Position numbers and translations under genes: made by a program. Shown here piece by piece: positions 1 through 13,281 of a stretch of DNA of 64,000 nt. The first letter of the stretch is position 1. Each line of letters starts with the position of its first letter. Origin of the DNA: Trichosphaerium sp. ATCC 40318 (lineage: Eukaryota; Protista; Tubulinea); the NCBI GenBank assembly GCA_038496445.1, contig JALMLS010000441.1:1248-65247 (forward strand). Reading direction: 5' to 3'. The notes beneath the pieces were generated by a model. That model did not search any database. It worked only from the letters and a program-made list of their open reading frames with translations, and had not been told where the DNA came from.

Positions 1-903
1 AAAGTATACTTGGGTCATCCCAAGGAGCAGCTGGGTTTAATTCTTCCTTGCTTTGAAGCAAACGCGCAAATCCGAACTGACCCAAAGTCATCTGTTCAGT
101 TTTATCGGTTACAAGTATAGGATGTGCAGCGAGGTGCAAGTCAACAACTAAATCAGTTCCCTTTCGTAAAAAAGTGAGTACAAAAAAAGACTACTGTTCG
201 CGTGTACTTCGAATCTAGCCTGTTCAGCTGGATTGCATCTTTCAGAGCTCGTAGTGTATGGCCCAAGGTTACAGTTATCTCTTGGACAGTCTCATGGTAT
301 GAACAACGATATTTGATGGTAATGGGTTCGTTGGATGGCTGGGAAGCAAGAATTTGCAATTCTGTGAAAAGGTTAATGATAAATTGCTCCAATGGTGTAA
401 TGTTGTTTGTACCTGGTTCTAGTTCGGGCGCGTTTGGGTCAACTTCACATGAGGTCTGTTCCTCTTTTTTAGGCTCTGCGGTTGCGCCTGGTATGATTAG
501 TTTCCGTTTTGACGTAACAGAAATGTAAGTTGGTTTTTTTATTTGTACCTTCGTCGAAAACTGCTACAACCTCGTCAGCCTCCATAATAGCGTCTTCCAA
601 GATATCTTCGTTGAAAAGAAAGGCGTCATCAGCTTTTAACTTCAGTTCTGTAATTTTCACGTTTAATCCGGCGTCTGTAGCAAGTCTACGCGTAAACGGT
701 TGAGTTCAAAGAAATTTTTGCTTTTTTTTTGGTTACTGACAGCGTTCACGTACTTTTGAATGGAGGTCTCCAAATCTCCAACGGTTGACTCAGGAGACAA
801 ATCACACGAAAATTTTGACGACCCAACCTAGAAAAGTTACAAACTTGTATTTACACGCGTATTTCAATACCTCGACTGTGTAAGTAGTTGTTGTGTTGGC
901 CAT
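1..903 (-). CDS. Hypothetical multi-exon protein, possibly with ubiquitin-like (beta-grasp) domains; 3' end runs off the window
   Basis: ATG at 903. GT-AG introns join MANTTTTYTVE / VGSSKFSCDLSPESTVGDLETSIQKYVNA / ...KITELKLKADDAFLFNEDILEDAIMEADEVVAVFDE / ...ITIKYRCSYHETVQEITVTLGHTLRALKDAIQ. The 'TV.DL...I' and 'TL..LK..I' patterns recall Ub-like folds. Divergent from the Roco gene across about 240 bp. Confidence 0.55.
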
Positions 904-1142
904 GGTATTCTGCGTGCCGTTTAGACAGATTTACGCTAGGAAACCAACTTAAACATAGCTCTTAAGGCATTAACGCACGTAAACAATGAACAGCTATTTG
1001 CTAGAGCAACCACAAGAAGGCTGAATTCAATTGTACGTCAAATCGTGCAACATAAACAAAACCAGCCTGTCAAATGACAGAAGCTTCTAACGGTACGCTT
1101 GTTAACAATACCACCGCCCATAACGTTCAAACGGCACGTTAA

Positions 1143-4100
1143 ATGAGTTGGTGTCGGCCAAACTACAAATGGCGTTTCGACGAGAATCATATCCTATCTA
1201 GAGACTTACCACAGCACTTTAGGTGACCCGTTGGAGTACAAGATTGTTTGCGTAGGCCAAACATTTTTAAAAACGTCATTGGTCAGCTCTTTCGTAACGG
1301 AGACGCAACAAGTACAGGTCAGCCGCGTCGTTTCGTTTCAAAACAAAAATATTATTTCGGCGCTTTTTTTCAAAAAAACTAACTTGACGAGCAGTATGAC
1401 CCTATAATAGAAGAAAACTATACCAAATCTATAAAAGTAGATGATAAACTTTGTAATTTGATAATAACGGACACAGCCGAACAGGTATGAACCAAGTTTT
1501 TTAGTGTAAAACAAGAAAAGTTATTTTTGGAACAACCCTTTTTTTCTTTTTTTATGTTCAGCTAATTCTGACTTTTCTTTCATTTCAGGATGAATTCTCG
1601 TACGTCTGAGTATCTTTTATATCTTTAATATGAAAGATTATGATATATTTCTTACTCACAGCGAAAGGTCAATGCGAGAAATGTGGTTTAAGAACGGTGA
1701 AGGTTTTATTTTTTTCTACAATGTGAGGTCAAGGACAAGCCTTGAAGGACTTAAGTTTCAGTTGAACATGATGTTTAATTGTAAAGACAGTAGGGATATA
1801 CCAGTTGTACGTTATAACGCTTACGTGACCTACAAGTGTTTTTATTTCTCTTGAACAACACGCCGTAAAAACCCGATATTTTATTAATTTAATTAGACTC
1901 TTTCGTTGATTTTTACGTAGGTCATTGTCGGTTGCTGTTACTCTCGTAGTGAAGTAGGCGACAGAGAAGTATCAAAGCAAGAAGGTAAAGCATTTGCTGC
2001 AGGTGTTTGCGATAGAGGTATTCCGTATTTTGAGGCTGACGGCGACACTTGGGTACTTTTTTCTTTCGAATATTACACCTTTTGTTCACTTCTTTTGATC
2101 TTTAGACTAATGTGGAAGAACCCTTCGAGGCTATTGTCAAACAAATAAACACTAGAAGAAGTCAACCAGCTATAAAGAAGATAGAGAACCCCAAACTACG
2201 GTTAAAGATATCAAAGAGAAATCTTCTGAGGATGGAAATCACAGACAAAGCTCAGAAACAAGGGCTGAAGCGTCTTCCAAAACCACTGATTCCTTACGAA
2301 AACAGCGTGGCTCATCGTATTTTGAAGCACTTGCGAGGACGTACGCGGTGACCTTCCAAAATATCGTTGCGAACTGACAATTGGTTTCTGTAGCGTTGGC
2401 AGAAGAAACCTCATTGCCGCCAAAGGTAAACGAAAAGATAATGACAGATGCTATGGCTCAGGTGTTTGTGTTCACGGACAAGCCTACCAAGATTGCTGAC
2501 CTGTGTTATCATGCTGAGAGCGAGTTCAAGAGCCTTAGGTTTCCTTTCGGAAACAATAACAATCGGCCTCAGAGTCATGTTCGTGTTATAAATTTGAACT
2601 CTGGAACAGCAAAGTTTCAATATTCTAAAGCTGATATAATCATTCTTCATATATCATCTGTAGAGTATCAGTGGGTATACGGTTATGTACAACATACGTT
2701 TTCATCGTCGTCTCCAATATTTATTATGCTACGGGAACCTAATAGCAAGATTCCTATTTTACAAGGTAAGCCAAAGATTTTTTTCAGTTCTGATGCACTT
2801 TCTTAAGCTCCTTTTTATTTAGAGATATCGATGGCACGTTGGTTGTCTGGACATATTATTGATTGGCCTAATAAGTCAATAAAGTCTGTGAGAACTCAGA
2901 TAATAGGCGTTATTCTTTATGAATCCAATTTGAAGCACGAGGCAGACTTCCTTGATTATTACAGAAATTGGGTTGAATCTAAACCGAAATTGTATCCTCC
3001 ATTGACGACAACACGGCATCATACGCTCAAATTACTTGGTACTACACTTCTAGATGTTTTTTTTAAAGTCTACAGTGATAAATGGCTGACATGAATCATT
3101 TTAGTTCTTGGTCATGGCGGTTGCGGTAAAACCTCACTCATCAACTTTTTGAAAAAAAAAAAGAATATAATTACACAGTCTACTATTGGTTTTGATAGTA
3201 GTTTTCTAAGGTAAACGTTGTTTTGACTTTTTGATGAACTTAATCTGTACTTTGTCCGTATGTTCGGTTAGATTAATGGTTTGTTGTAGCATACGATCCA
3301 ATAAATTCACTGTTTATGACTTTGCTGGACAACTCGAGTATTTATCTGTCCATAAGCACTTTATATCCGCAGAGTACTCAATCTACATCATAGTGGTACG
3401 CATAGAAACTCTAGCATCTATTGTCACGTGCTTGATCAAGAGTGGATCGCATTTTTATCCAAAATCTGTTTTGTTCTTCTTCTCGCAACTCATGGTATTC
3501 TTAGTTCGATGCATCACAACAATTTGAGGTTGCTATGAAACAAATTAAGCATTGGCTTGCTTTACTACGTGGTAAACTACCTAGCACAACACTCAATGCT
3601 ATTTTTTTTGTTGGAACAAAGATAGACGAAGTCAATAATCGTAATACAATCGATACCCTCCGCACTGATCTAAAAGCATTCTTGAGTCAGGAAACAGAAT
3701 TTACAAACCATACAATTTCGTTCGTCTCTTCAATAACTGGTACTGCGCTTCACCTTTTGGTAACATCTTGATTAACATGCTGTAGGTGAGGGAGTTACAC
3801 AAATGAAGGGACACATAGCTGAAGTGTATAAAAGTATGAAGCCATTTCCTAAGGTATGTAAAAAAATGGCGGTAGAAACCGTGACGGTTTTTTATTGGAA
3901 TGGAAAAAACTGAGATCTCACTTCTCAAATAGGTTGCAAACTTATGTCAAGTCATTGCAGATACTGCTTCACAAGGAAATCATTGTAGAGTATTTACGAG
4001 TGTGTACGTGTTTGGCAAGACCGGTTGTAGTTCGCCTCAGCGTCTTGTTGTTTTGATTGCTTTTCTAAGTTCTCTTTTTAGCTCCGACTTTAAAGACATC

Positions 4101-7100
4101 TGCAAGAAAGAGTTCAAAAAGAGCCATACTGATTGGAACAGGTTAACTAAACTCGAGTTTGCGACATACCTTGAGTACTTGCATAACACTGGAGTGCTAA
4201 TGCTAGATACTGTACGGATTAACTGTTTTGTTTTTGGTTCATCCCTCCTTCTCATTTTTTTGGTTTTAGACGACTGCTATAATTTGTACAAAGCCAGCTA
4301 TCATGTCTAAAATCTTGAGCAGTTTTATTGGACCTGATACACATATCAATCGACTTCAGGAGCAGAAAGGAGGCTGTGGTGGTATGAGGAATCCAATAGT
4401 ATCTTTAGAGGATGCTGTAAAACGTTTGCAACGTGTTCCTACTACTGATGGAGAACCATACAGCCGGCTCATTTGCTTATCGATTCTCAACTTTATGGAG
4501 CAGCTCAAGATCTGTTATATGCTGTCACCGCAAGAGGAGGTACGCTTGAAGTGATAAGAGTGGAATCGTGTACTTATTGATCGATAGATATGTTACGGAA
4601 GACCTGGATACATGTTTCCAATGCTCCGACCAAAAGCTGAAATGGCCTATCTACCTCCTGTAGTAGGTGATCGTGAGGGGTTACGTCTTTGGACGGCTAG
4701 ACTTAAGTCCAGCGAAGATGTTAGTATTACCAGCGATTTTTTTAACTCGATGCAAGTTGAACTGAGAGGTAAGCAAAAGGATTGAAAGCGTTTTTTGCAG
4801 AGATTTACTTTTTTTCCTCGCAGATTTTCACGACTTCAAGTACAAGCTTTTCTTGAACTCTATGGTCCTTGCAGATAAACAAGGTAATATGGTGTTATTA
4901 TACCACTCAGTAGATTCCATCATTATGATGGTGCGGGGTACTGATCCAACAACTTGGGTACTTCCTATTTTTCTCATTTTCGTACTCTTTTTTATTGTTC
5001 TTTTTTATTCTTAACTTTGGTTTTGTTTTAGCTTTCTACGCTATATGCATTTATTCCTCAATTGAAGAGAGCATCTTTTGATGTACTTTGTCCTTCGTGT
5101 ACGGTATCAGGGACGTTCCAGTCATTCGATAGAAGCCATGTTTGTAAATCTTCTACAACAACGCTTACAGAACAGACTGTTGATCAAGGTGTTCCTATTG
5201 AAACTCTTGAAGGAGTTGTACCTAAATTATGGAGTCCAAAAGGAGGTATTACATTGTTTTCTTTTCATACAGACTGTAGTTTAAGTCATTAATGTCGTTT
5301 CAATTAAGGCGTCTCTTTCTTTGAAAAAGGAGTATGGCAACAACAGCCTCAGTTGAAGTATACTGTTCTAGAGCAGTGTGAAGCTATAAAAGAGAGAAAA
5401 AGCGAGTACTTACGTGCTCGGGATATGTTCTACCAGTTTGTTGGTGTTGACAATGCATCATTCTTTAAGCTTGATAAGGTTGTGTTCTTTCACAATCCTA
5501 CTCTTGAAAATAAGTTTCATGCTTTTTATCAACGTGTTATATCACGTGTTGTTGACCAACATGATCCAAATGATATTGAGGATTCGACAGATGATGGTAT
5601 GTACTAGCTAACAAGGTGTGACGATGCTAAGCAAAGTTTAGGTGCAAAGAAGGCTTGGAAACAATGGTTCTTAGAAAACTTCTAACAATGCCATATTCAA
5701 ATTTTTTTTTATTTAGGATACTTGAAAAGTTAGATAGTTACGCTATGCGTGGGTCTGGGAATGAACAAGTGAATTTATTGCCAGGGTGCGTAACTTTGTT
5801 TGTCGTTTTGACTTTTTTTCTTACTTTTTTCTTTGTTTAGGTTTCATGGCACCACAGAGGTATTTTTTCGCATATTCTAAGTCTAAGAAGGCTTTACTAA
5901 TAAAGAGGTTATAGGAATCATCGTTTAAAATCGCTGAGAATAATTTTTTGGAGCCTCGAGAGCTCAACAATCAGACAGATCCTGGTTATTTTGGTACTTA
6001 ATCGGCAGAATGTCAAACATGTCACTGATAGTCTTTGGTAGGTAAAGGCATATACTTTACGCAATCGCCAACGTATGGTATGGTTATATTCTTTCAAGTT
6101 TATTCTAAGCCCTAAATCACGTGTAGGATCCAAATACGCTGAACTAAAGCAAAAGACAGGTCAACACTGTCTCCTCATATCGGTACGGCAACTTTTTCAG
6201 AAAAAACAAAAATAGACACCCTCCCTTCCCTTTCTTTGTTAATGCTGCTCTTTAGTGGTTGATTATGGGTAAACCGTATCCTGTCATTGAGACACCGGAT
6301 CCTAATGATCCAAATACGTTACTTGGAAAGCCATGCAAGGCTGGCTATGACTCTCATTATGTTGTTGTTAAAAAGGCTGGTAATGATATGATGTATATGC
6401 CATGTCGTCCTGCTGAAGAACCTGATGCAGATGAAGTTGTAGTATTCAACAAAGACCAAGTAAGAAATAGTTAAACGCACACCTTCTTGGAATTAATGGC
6501 TATTTAGATACTGCCGCGATACTTGGTGTACTACACTAGGAGTGGCACCAATACGTTTGATACATTCGAACTTAGCTGGCGAGATTGTAGAAACTTGGTT
6601 TTGTGGGTAAGTACAGCAAGAAGAGATGGTCTTGGTCCGATACTGGCCACAGTAATTGCCACGACTTTGTGTTGAACTGCTTTTTTAGGTGGATGATAAT
6701 CTAGCTGATGAGAATAAGTTCACTGTAAAAATGTTGGAGAAGGATCCTAAAGCGAGTGTCAAGGTGAGCCCCTGATATGAACATAAGTTGATTAGTAATG
6801 TATTTGTATGTAGGTCATACCCATGACGTCAATCACGGAATTGATGGCATTTTTGAAGCAGTATGCTGCCAGTAATATTAAAAAAATAAAGGTCATTACA
6901 AATCAGTACAGAGCGAATGATGGCAAGCAAGATGCTGCCAATAATCTTGTCAAGTACGTTTACCCATCAATTTTTATATGCGTTCTTGATTCAAAAAAAG
7001 AGCGCACAAAGAGCTGGTTGCTTATTTTTTTCCGTTTTTAGAGTTGTCAGGGAGAAAAAGAAGTGGAAGAAAATTCCAATATTGATATACGGCAACAATG

Positions 7101-7189
7101 TTGACAGCGCTGGTTTTCTTGTCAAGAAATATTCAAAGGTTAAGGCCACTACTAAGGCAGTTGACTTGCTTCACTTTTGTTCAAAGTAA
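1143..7189 (+). CDS. Roco-family protein: degenerate Ras-like domain + Roc GTPase + COR-like region + PARP-like ADP-ribosyltransferase + C-terminal receiver(REC)-like domain
   Basis: Spliced exons give Ras-like EYKIVCVGQTFLKTSLV / YDPIIEENYTKSIKVDDKLCNLIITDTAEQDEFSSMREMWFKNGEGFIFFY; Roc motifs LLVLGHGGCGKTS, STIG, YDFAGQLEYLSVHKHF, VGTKID; ART motifs FHGT, DPGYFGKGIYFT, Y, GYDSHY, DEVVVFNKDQILPRYLVYY; C-terminal LVLWVDDN...IPILIY. Splice phases keep one frame from the end of the Ras domain into Roc (checked at 2341, 2766, 3039). Confidence 0.85.
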
Positions 7190-7576
7190 TCCATTTTCCT
7201 TCGCTGGTGTGTCGGTTCATTGTACAAAGAAAAAAATAAGAAATCAAGAAACAGATTAATACCTGTTGTCCAATAAAACAAACATGTGAAAAGAACTTTA
7301 TCTTGTATTCAACTATGTGTTTTACATCATATATCTATGTGAGATTGGCGCCATCATGTCCAGCAGAGGAGACTGTATTTTTTGGAGGTAATATGCCATT
7401 GAGGTCAACGGTGCAAAAGCTAAAAGGTTGTGTTGCAATTTCAAATAGTGCAAGGAAAACTCATAAGCTAGCTTTGGTACAAGGAGATAGGGACTCAATT
7501 CATAACATCGATACTAAACATGGCCCCAATGTTGCTTTTTAGTTCCTTCAAAGGGGTACATCTCATGTCGTACTCT

Positions 7577-7805
7577 GGAATTGACTGGGAATAGTGACAA
7601 AAAACATTATAATCCCAATTTTGAGCTCGGTATTGTTTATCACTGTGAGCATGTACTTCTTGGTAACAAACCAAAACATGTTTAAATACTTGCTAGCACC
7701 CATTGTATAAAATAAGAGAGATGAAAACGGTTTTACTTATAAGTAATGACGAACTCAAAATTGGAATTATCGATTTTTTTTTTGTCACTAATCCGGGGCA
7801 ATTCC
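7577..7805. mobile_element. MITE-like element with ~55-bp imperfect terminal inverted repeats
   Basis: ggaattgactgggaatagtgacaaaaaacattataatcccaatttttgagctcg (7577-7629) is the imperfect reverse complement of cgaactcaaaattggaattatcgattttttttttgtcactaatccggggcaattcc (7750-7805). The interior is non-coding. Confidence 0.6.
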
Positions 7806-8098
7806 TGTTAGTGAGCACATGTAACCCCACCATAGCACGTGCTTGCTTCGTATAGGGAGTTGCCTTTTGAAAGTACTTTTATGATATTCTAAAATGCAAC
7901 AAGCTGTATGTACCGCTTCCGATCATTCGAACTGGTTGACCTATATTGATTGTGGCTATTTTATCGCCGATTGGCAAAGAGGTGACTTAATTAATTAAGC
8001 CACATCCCAAAGCAACGTTAGCTCATCCAATAAAACAATACCCTGGCAGTTTGTGATGCTAGAGTACTAGGCGATAATTTATTGCGCGTTTGAGATCA

Positions 8099-8153
8099 GT
8101 TCGAAACGTACGAAATTTCGAACAACTTGTTCGAAAAAACTTGAGTTTCGAAC
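8099..8153. promoter_or_regulatory. Tandem dyad motif (GTTCGAAA-N9-TTTCGAAC) x2 upstream of ankyrin-ART gene 1
   Basis: Exact copies at 8099-8123 and 8129-8153 (30-bp period), followed by the palindrome TTATCACGTGATAA at 8224-8237. Confidence 0.35.
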
Positions 8154-8494
8154 GAAAAAAAGGACTTTTAAACACACTAACCGCCACAGTCGTAGTTGCC
8201 GCTTCGAGAAAAAGGTTGTAGAGTTATCACGTGATAAACAAGCGTAAAAGGCACGTAAAATAGCTTTTTCTAGAATTTACTTATCACGTGGAACGTGCTA
8301 GCGGAGTGAAAACCACGCAAATACAGAAACAAAAAAAAAAAACCGTTAACATCAATTTTTATATCAAGGACGGAAGAATGTCTTGAGATGGTCTATTTGA
8401 TTAACTTTTTTTTAAGCGAACCGTTCAACACTCAACTCACATAATCCTGAGGATACCTAAACTCTTCAAGTATCTACGCCTGTAGCCACATATC

Positions 8495-11400
8495 ATGTCA
8501 AACCAGCACCAAGAACATGCGCTAACATTGGCAGGTATTAGCAAACCCTTCTTTAATACAATGACTATAACGATATTACAATAGCTGAACTGAAACTTCT
8601 TCAAACCTCCTATGATACTTCTATCATGTGCATGTACTTTGATTCAAAACAACTTATAAGCAAAATAAAGGATACCACAACAGGTACAATTTTATCTGAG
8701 GTAGCAAAGGTTCACATGATTGTAGTATATAAACTGAAAAAGAAGCTACGTTGCCTCAAAACAGCTGATCAAATTCTACTGTGTTCAGGTTTGTAAATAG
8801 TTGTACATACATAGTAACCAATTTAGTTTATGCCAGTTTACCTATTATCAAATCAATGTGTTTAAAGGCAGGGGCAGATATCAGTGCTCCAGATAAATAC
8901 GGAAGAACAGCGTTACACAAAGCAGGTACTATTAATAAAAATACAATGTATGGTCTAACATTTCCCAGTATTTCATGGATACAACCATATTGTTGAATTA
9001 TTGCTCAATGCAAACACAAATATCAATGCTGCTGATAAAGATGGGCAGACAGCTTTACATATAGCAGGTAGGCTTGTAAATAATATACAACGTAAGTTCT
9101 CACACTTTCCAGCACGCCATGGACGCAATAATACTGCTAAATTATTGATCAATGCAAATGCAAATGTCAATGCTACAGATAGCAATGGAAAGACAGCTTT
9201 ACATAAAGCAGGTACTTTTATAAACATACAATGTATGGTCTCACACTTTTTTAGCATGCCATGGACACAACAATGCTGTTGACTTATTGATCAATTCAAA
9301 CGCAAACATCGATGCCGGAGATAAAAATGGTGAGACAGCTTTACATAAAGCAGGTACTGTCATAAACAAACACTGTATGTCCTCACACTTTCCAGTACAC
9401 CGCAGACACCATAATACTGTTAAATTATTGATTAATAGAAACGCAAGTATCAATGCTACATTTAGAGATGGATGCACAGCTTTATACAAAGCGGGTACTG
9501 TGTTGTAACAATTTATGTTCTCACATTTCCCAGCCTTTAATGGGCATAATGATATTGTTCAATTATTGATCAATGCATTTGCAACAATCAATGCTACTAA
9601 TAAAGATGGACACACAGCTTTACACGCTGCAGGTATTCTGTTGTAAGATATACAATGTATGGTCTAACCTTTTAGTGTTTCATGGGCACAACGACACTGT
9701 TCAAGTATTGATCAAATCAGATGCAAATATCAATGCTAGAGATAAATATGAACAGACAGCTTTACACCTAGCAGGTACTGTTGTGCATATACCAATGGTG
9801 GCCTAATCTTTCCAGCATATCGTGGACATTATGGCACTGCTAAATTATTGATCAACGCAAAAGCAAATGTCAATGCTGCAGATAAAGATGGTCAGACAGC
9901 TTTACATAAAGCAGGTACTGTTGTACTATTGTAAGCATAAAATGTATGTCTAACACTATGTAGCATGCTGTGGACACAATGACACTGCTAAATTATTGCT
10001 CAACGCAAAAACAAATATCAATGCTGCAGATAAAGATGGTGAGACAGCTTTACATAAAGCAGGTACTGTTGTACTATTGTAAACATGCAATGTATGTTCT
10101 CACACTCTCCAGTATGTCATGGACACATCAATACTGTTGATTTGTTGATCAACACAGATGTAGACCTCACTGCCACAAACAAAGATGGACAAACAGCTTT
10201 ACATATTGCTGGTTCTATAAACATTTTTGAGTTATAAAATATCTAACGCTTGCTAGTTGACTATTGCCACAGTGGAATAGCTGAGAACTTAATTAAAGCA
10301 GGTGCAAACGTTGAAGCAGTAAATAATAAAGGATGGACACCTTTATATTTTGCAGGTGATACTAGGATACCAGAAGACTAAGCAGTATTTTAACTCTTTA
10401 TGTAGCACAATATAGACCTACTGAAGTATTTGTGAGCTTATTACCTGAAAGAGATATTTTTCCACGTGCCATGACTGAACAGAGGTTTGATTTCAAAACA
10501 GTATTTTTGAAGGTTGTTGACAATGATCCTGCATACACCAAAGTGTTTGAGACTCTATTGGCGCACCTTCCAATCAATCAACAAGGTCATTCACTATGGA
10601 CTTCATATGCATATATGACAAGTCAGAAATACATTTTTGCAACTCAATTTCCAGAGTGGAGATCCAAGCTTGCAAAATGGTTACAATACTTGGTACAACT
10701 TTCAAGTCAAAAGTATTGTACTAATCGAATACCAAGCCAACACGTTCTTATTTTAAACTTGCAATACAAAAGGGTATTTGTTCATTAATCTGTACTTACA
10801 ATCCCATCTTTGTGCAATCCCCAGTACTAACACGTGTGTTTCAAGTTCAAACTGCTCATCATTTTGTTAATAGAGCTTTTGGGTTCAGCAAGGAGACCTA
10901 ATGGAAGGTATTCTGTGTGATTTACCACATAGTATGTGGAGCGAAAAACAAAACGTAACTGGTACTATTGCTCAAATGTGTGAAGAGGATGGGCTGTGTA
11001 TAAACTCCATTCAACAAGATAAACAACATTGTGCGTGGTTTAATACAAGAATCAAAAGTGTGGTGTTTACTGTTATTATAGCATTTGTAGACCCTCACAT
11101 GTGCGGATATTGTATTGCACACCAACCTATCAGAAGTACTGTATGTCTAAAAGTTTTTTATTAAATACTTTTTTAACTGTTGATAAAGCGTATGGATATT
11201 GTTGGGAATAATCTCAAGTGTAAGATTGGTGCTTATGCTATTCAGCCTTTTATACCCAATAGAGTTTTATGTGACACTGCAGCTGGTACAATCAATACTT
11301 TTCTCCAAATAGATTGATTTTCAACAAGGATTAAGAAGTAAGACATCATGGGACTTAAACCCTCGATTGGAGTATGCACGTGCCTGGGACAGATCAAACA

Positions 11401-12866
11401 ACAAGTAGTGTTTTAATGTTGTTTAATTCATTTTTATTTTAACAGTTCCTAAAGAGGTTTTGTGGAAAAAGCAACTCATTACAGACTATTGGACCTTTTT
11501 GACCAAACCGACACTGTAGCCAACAGAGAGCTAAAGGTTCTTCGTAAACAGATGTCAAAAATGCATGGATATGACCAAGTCACTGTTAAATCAGCATATC
11601 TTGTTTGCAATGATGTCTTGCTTCAGAACTTTGGCATGTACAATACAATAGTTAAGCATAGGCACCAGTATGTAGACATAAATGTTTACGGCTATTGATT
11701 GTTACCTAGAGAACTGCCCAAGTTGTTTTGTAGGAATGATTGGGAGCATGATGCCCACAACACTAAACGGACAAGCGTTTATAGCAAGTTTTCATCTTTG
11801 ATTGCTGGATCAACCAACGCAGAACAGGTGCTGTTGTAATAACAACCCCTATATGACTTATTAATTGTTCAGTTACCTGTTTTGTTAATGGCACATGGAA
11901 CACGTGCAAAAGCAGCTTATAGTATTGTAAAAGCTGGATTTGGAACTGTAAGTGCATTGGATGCTGGATATTATGGACAAGGAATCTACTTTACAGTACT
12001 ATTGTGTTCACTTGGTTTTTTCCTCTAACATGTTACCACAGAGTAGTCTCACATATGCTGCCTCATATGACGAATCTCAAGGTGAAAAAACACTTATTCT
12101 GAGTTTAGTCACACCTGGAAATGTGTATCCTGTATGTACATGGGTTTGTTTGTTTATTTACAGCTTTGCTAGGTAATAGAAAAACCTACAGATCCTATTA
12201 ATTTTCAGGGTAAGCCTATTAAACCTGGATACCAAAGTCATTATGCAGTTGTAAACAAATTGGGGCAAGCCGTGAAAGAAAATATTGACAAATGCAAATG
12301 GGATGAGTTGGTTGTAGCTCAAGGTAAGTAGTCATACGCCAACCATTATTGGTTTTATTTATAACGTGTTAATTTAGATGTACAAGCTGTTGCACGTTAT
12401 GTCATAACAGTTGTAAAGAAGCCACGGAAACGAGTAATCCAGAACAAAAGCAAAGGAGCAAAAAAGAAAGCAAACAAACCAAAGCAGGCAAAGATTATCA
12501 AAACGATCGGAAGTGAAAACCTAGAAAACAAAGAGGTTGATAAATTGGAAGATGATAGCGAGTCAGATGAGTTTTCTGATGACGACTCATTTAAAACTAA
12601 ACGGTAAGGCTAACAAGACAGACTAGCTTAGTACTTATTTACTACAAAGAAAATTATGGGCAGCTGCAAATCCAAATCAACTTGATCAACCGAGTGCACA
12701 AGATCAGCTTGTAATATCGTTAACACAAGAAGTCACAAAACTCAATCAAGAAAACAAGGAAGCAAATACCAGAATCACGAAATTGGAGGAAGATAATGCA
12801 AATAAATGCAATCAAATTGCTGAACTACAAGCCCGAATTGCAATGCTTGAGAGCAAGAGTTCATAA
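8495..12866 (+). CDS. Ankyrin-repeat + PARP-like ADP-ribosyltransferase protein with C-terminal coiled coil (ANK-ART paralog 1)
   Basis: About 11 ankyrin exons (..GH...V.LLINANANINA.DKDG.TALHKA). ART core LMAHGT...GFGTVSALDAGYYGQGIYFTSSLTYAASY...VTPGNVYP...GKPIKPGYQSHY...WDELVV...QAVARY. Tail ...NQIAELQARIAMLESKSS*. Exons at 10.8-11.45 kb could not be resolved, so intactness is unproven. Confidence 0.82.
8828..10355 (+). repeat. Exon-intron tandem repeat (~140-150 bp unit; one ankyrin repeat per exon)
   Basis: Recurrent gacagctttacataaagcag|gtact donor and ...cacactttccag| acceptor; ~99-nt exons with phase-1 introns. Confidence 0.85.
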
Positions 12867-13281
12867 CGATTTTGTGCTTGCTTCCTTCTGTATAATAAAA
12901 ATTTCATTAGTTTCTGATAAGCGTCACTGTATGCAAAGTTGCAACAGATACCACGAATGTATCCTTATGGAGTACTGAACAGAAAGTCACGTGCATGCTA
13001 TAAATCGGCTTAGCGCTACATAACATAGCACTATTTCAGGCCAAATCCACTGGCAGGGTATGAGAATATAGTAAAAGCACTGTAACTGTTAATAGATTCA
13101 AGAACTCCGTGGTACGCTATAAGCCACATGTGGAACAAAGCTAGACCAATGTTCTTCATTTAGAACGGATACACATTGAGCCTTGTAGAAGGCTTTGCAT
13201 TGTAGTTATGTGGGCATACTTTTCCACCATGGAATCGCTTCTAAGCAGTCTTTTTTTGATATTTATTATTGTACATCATGG

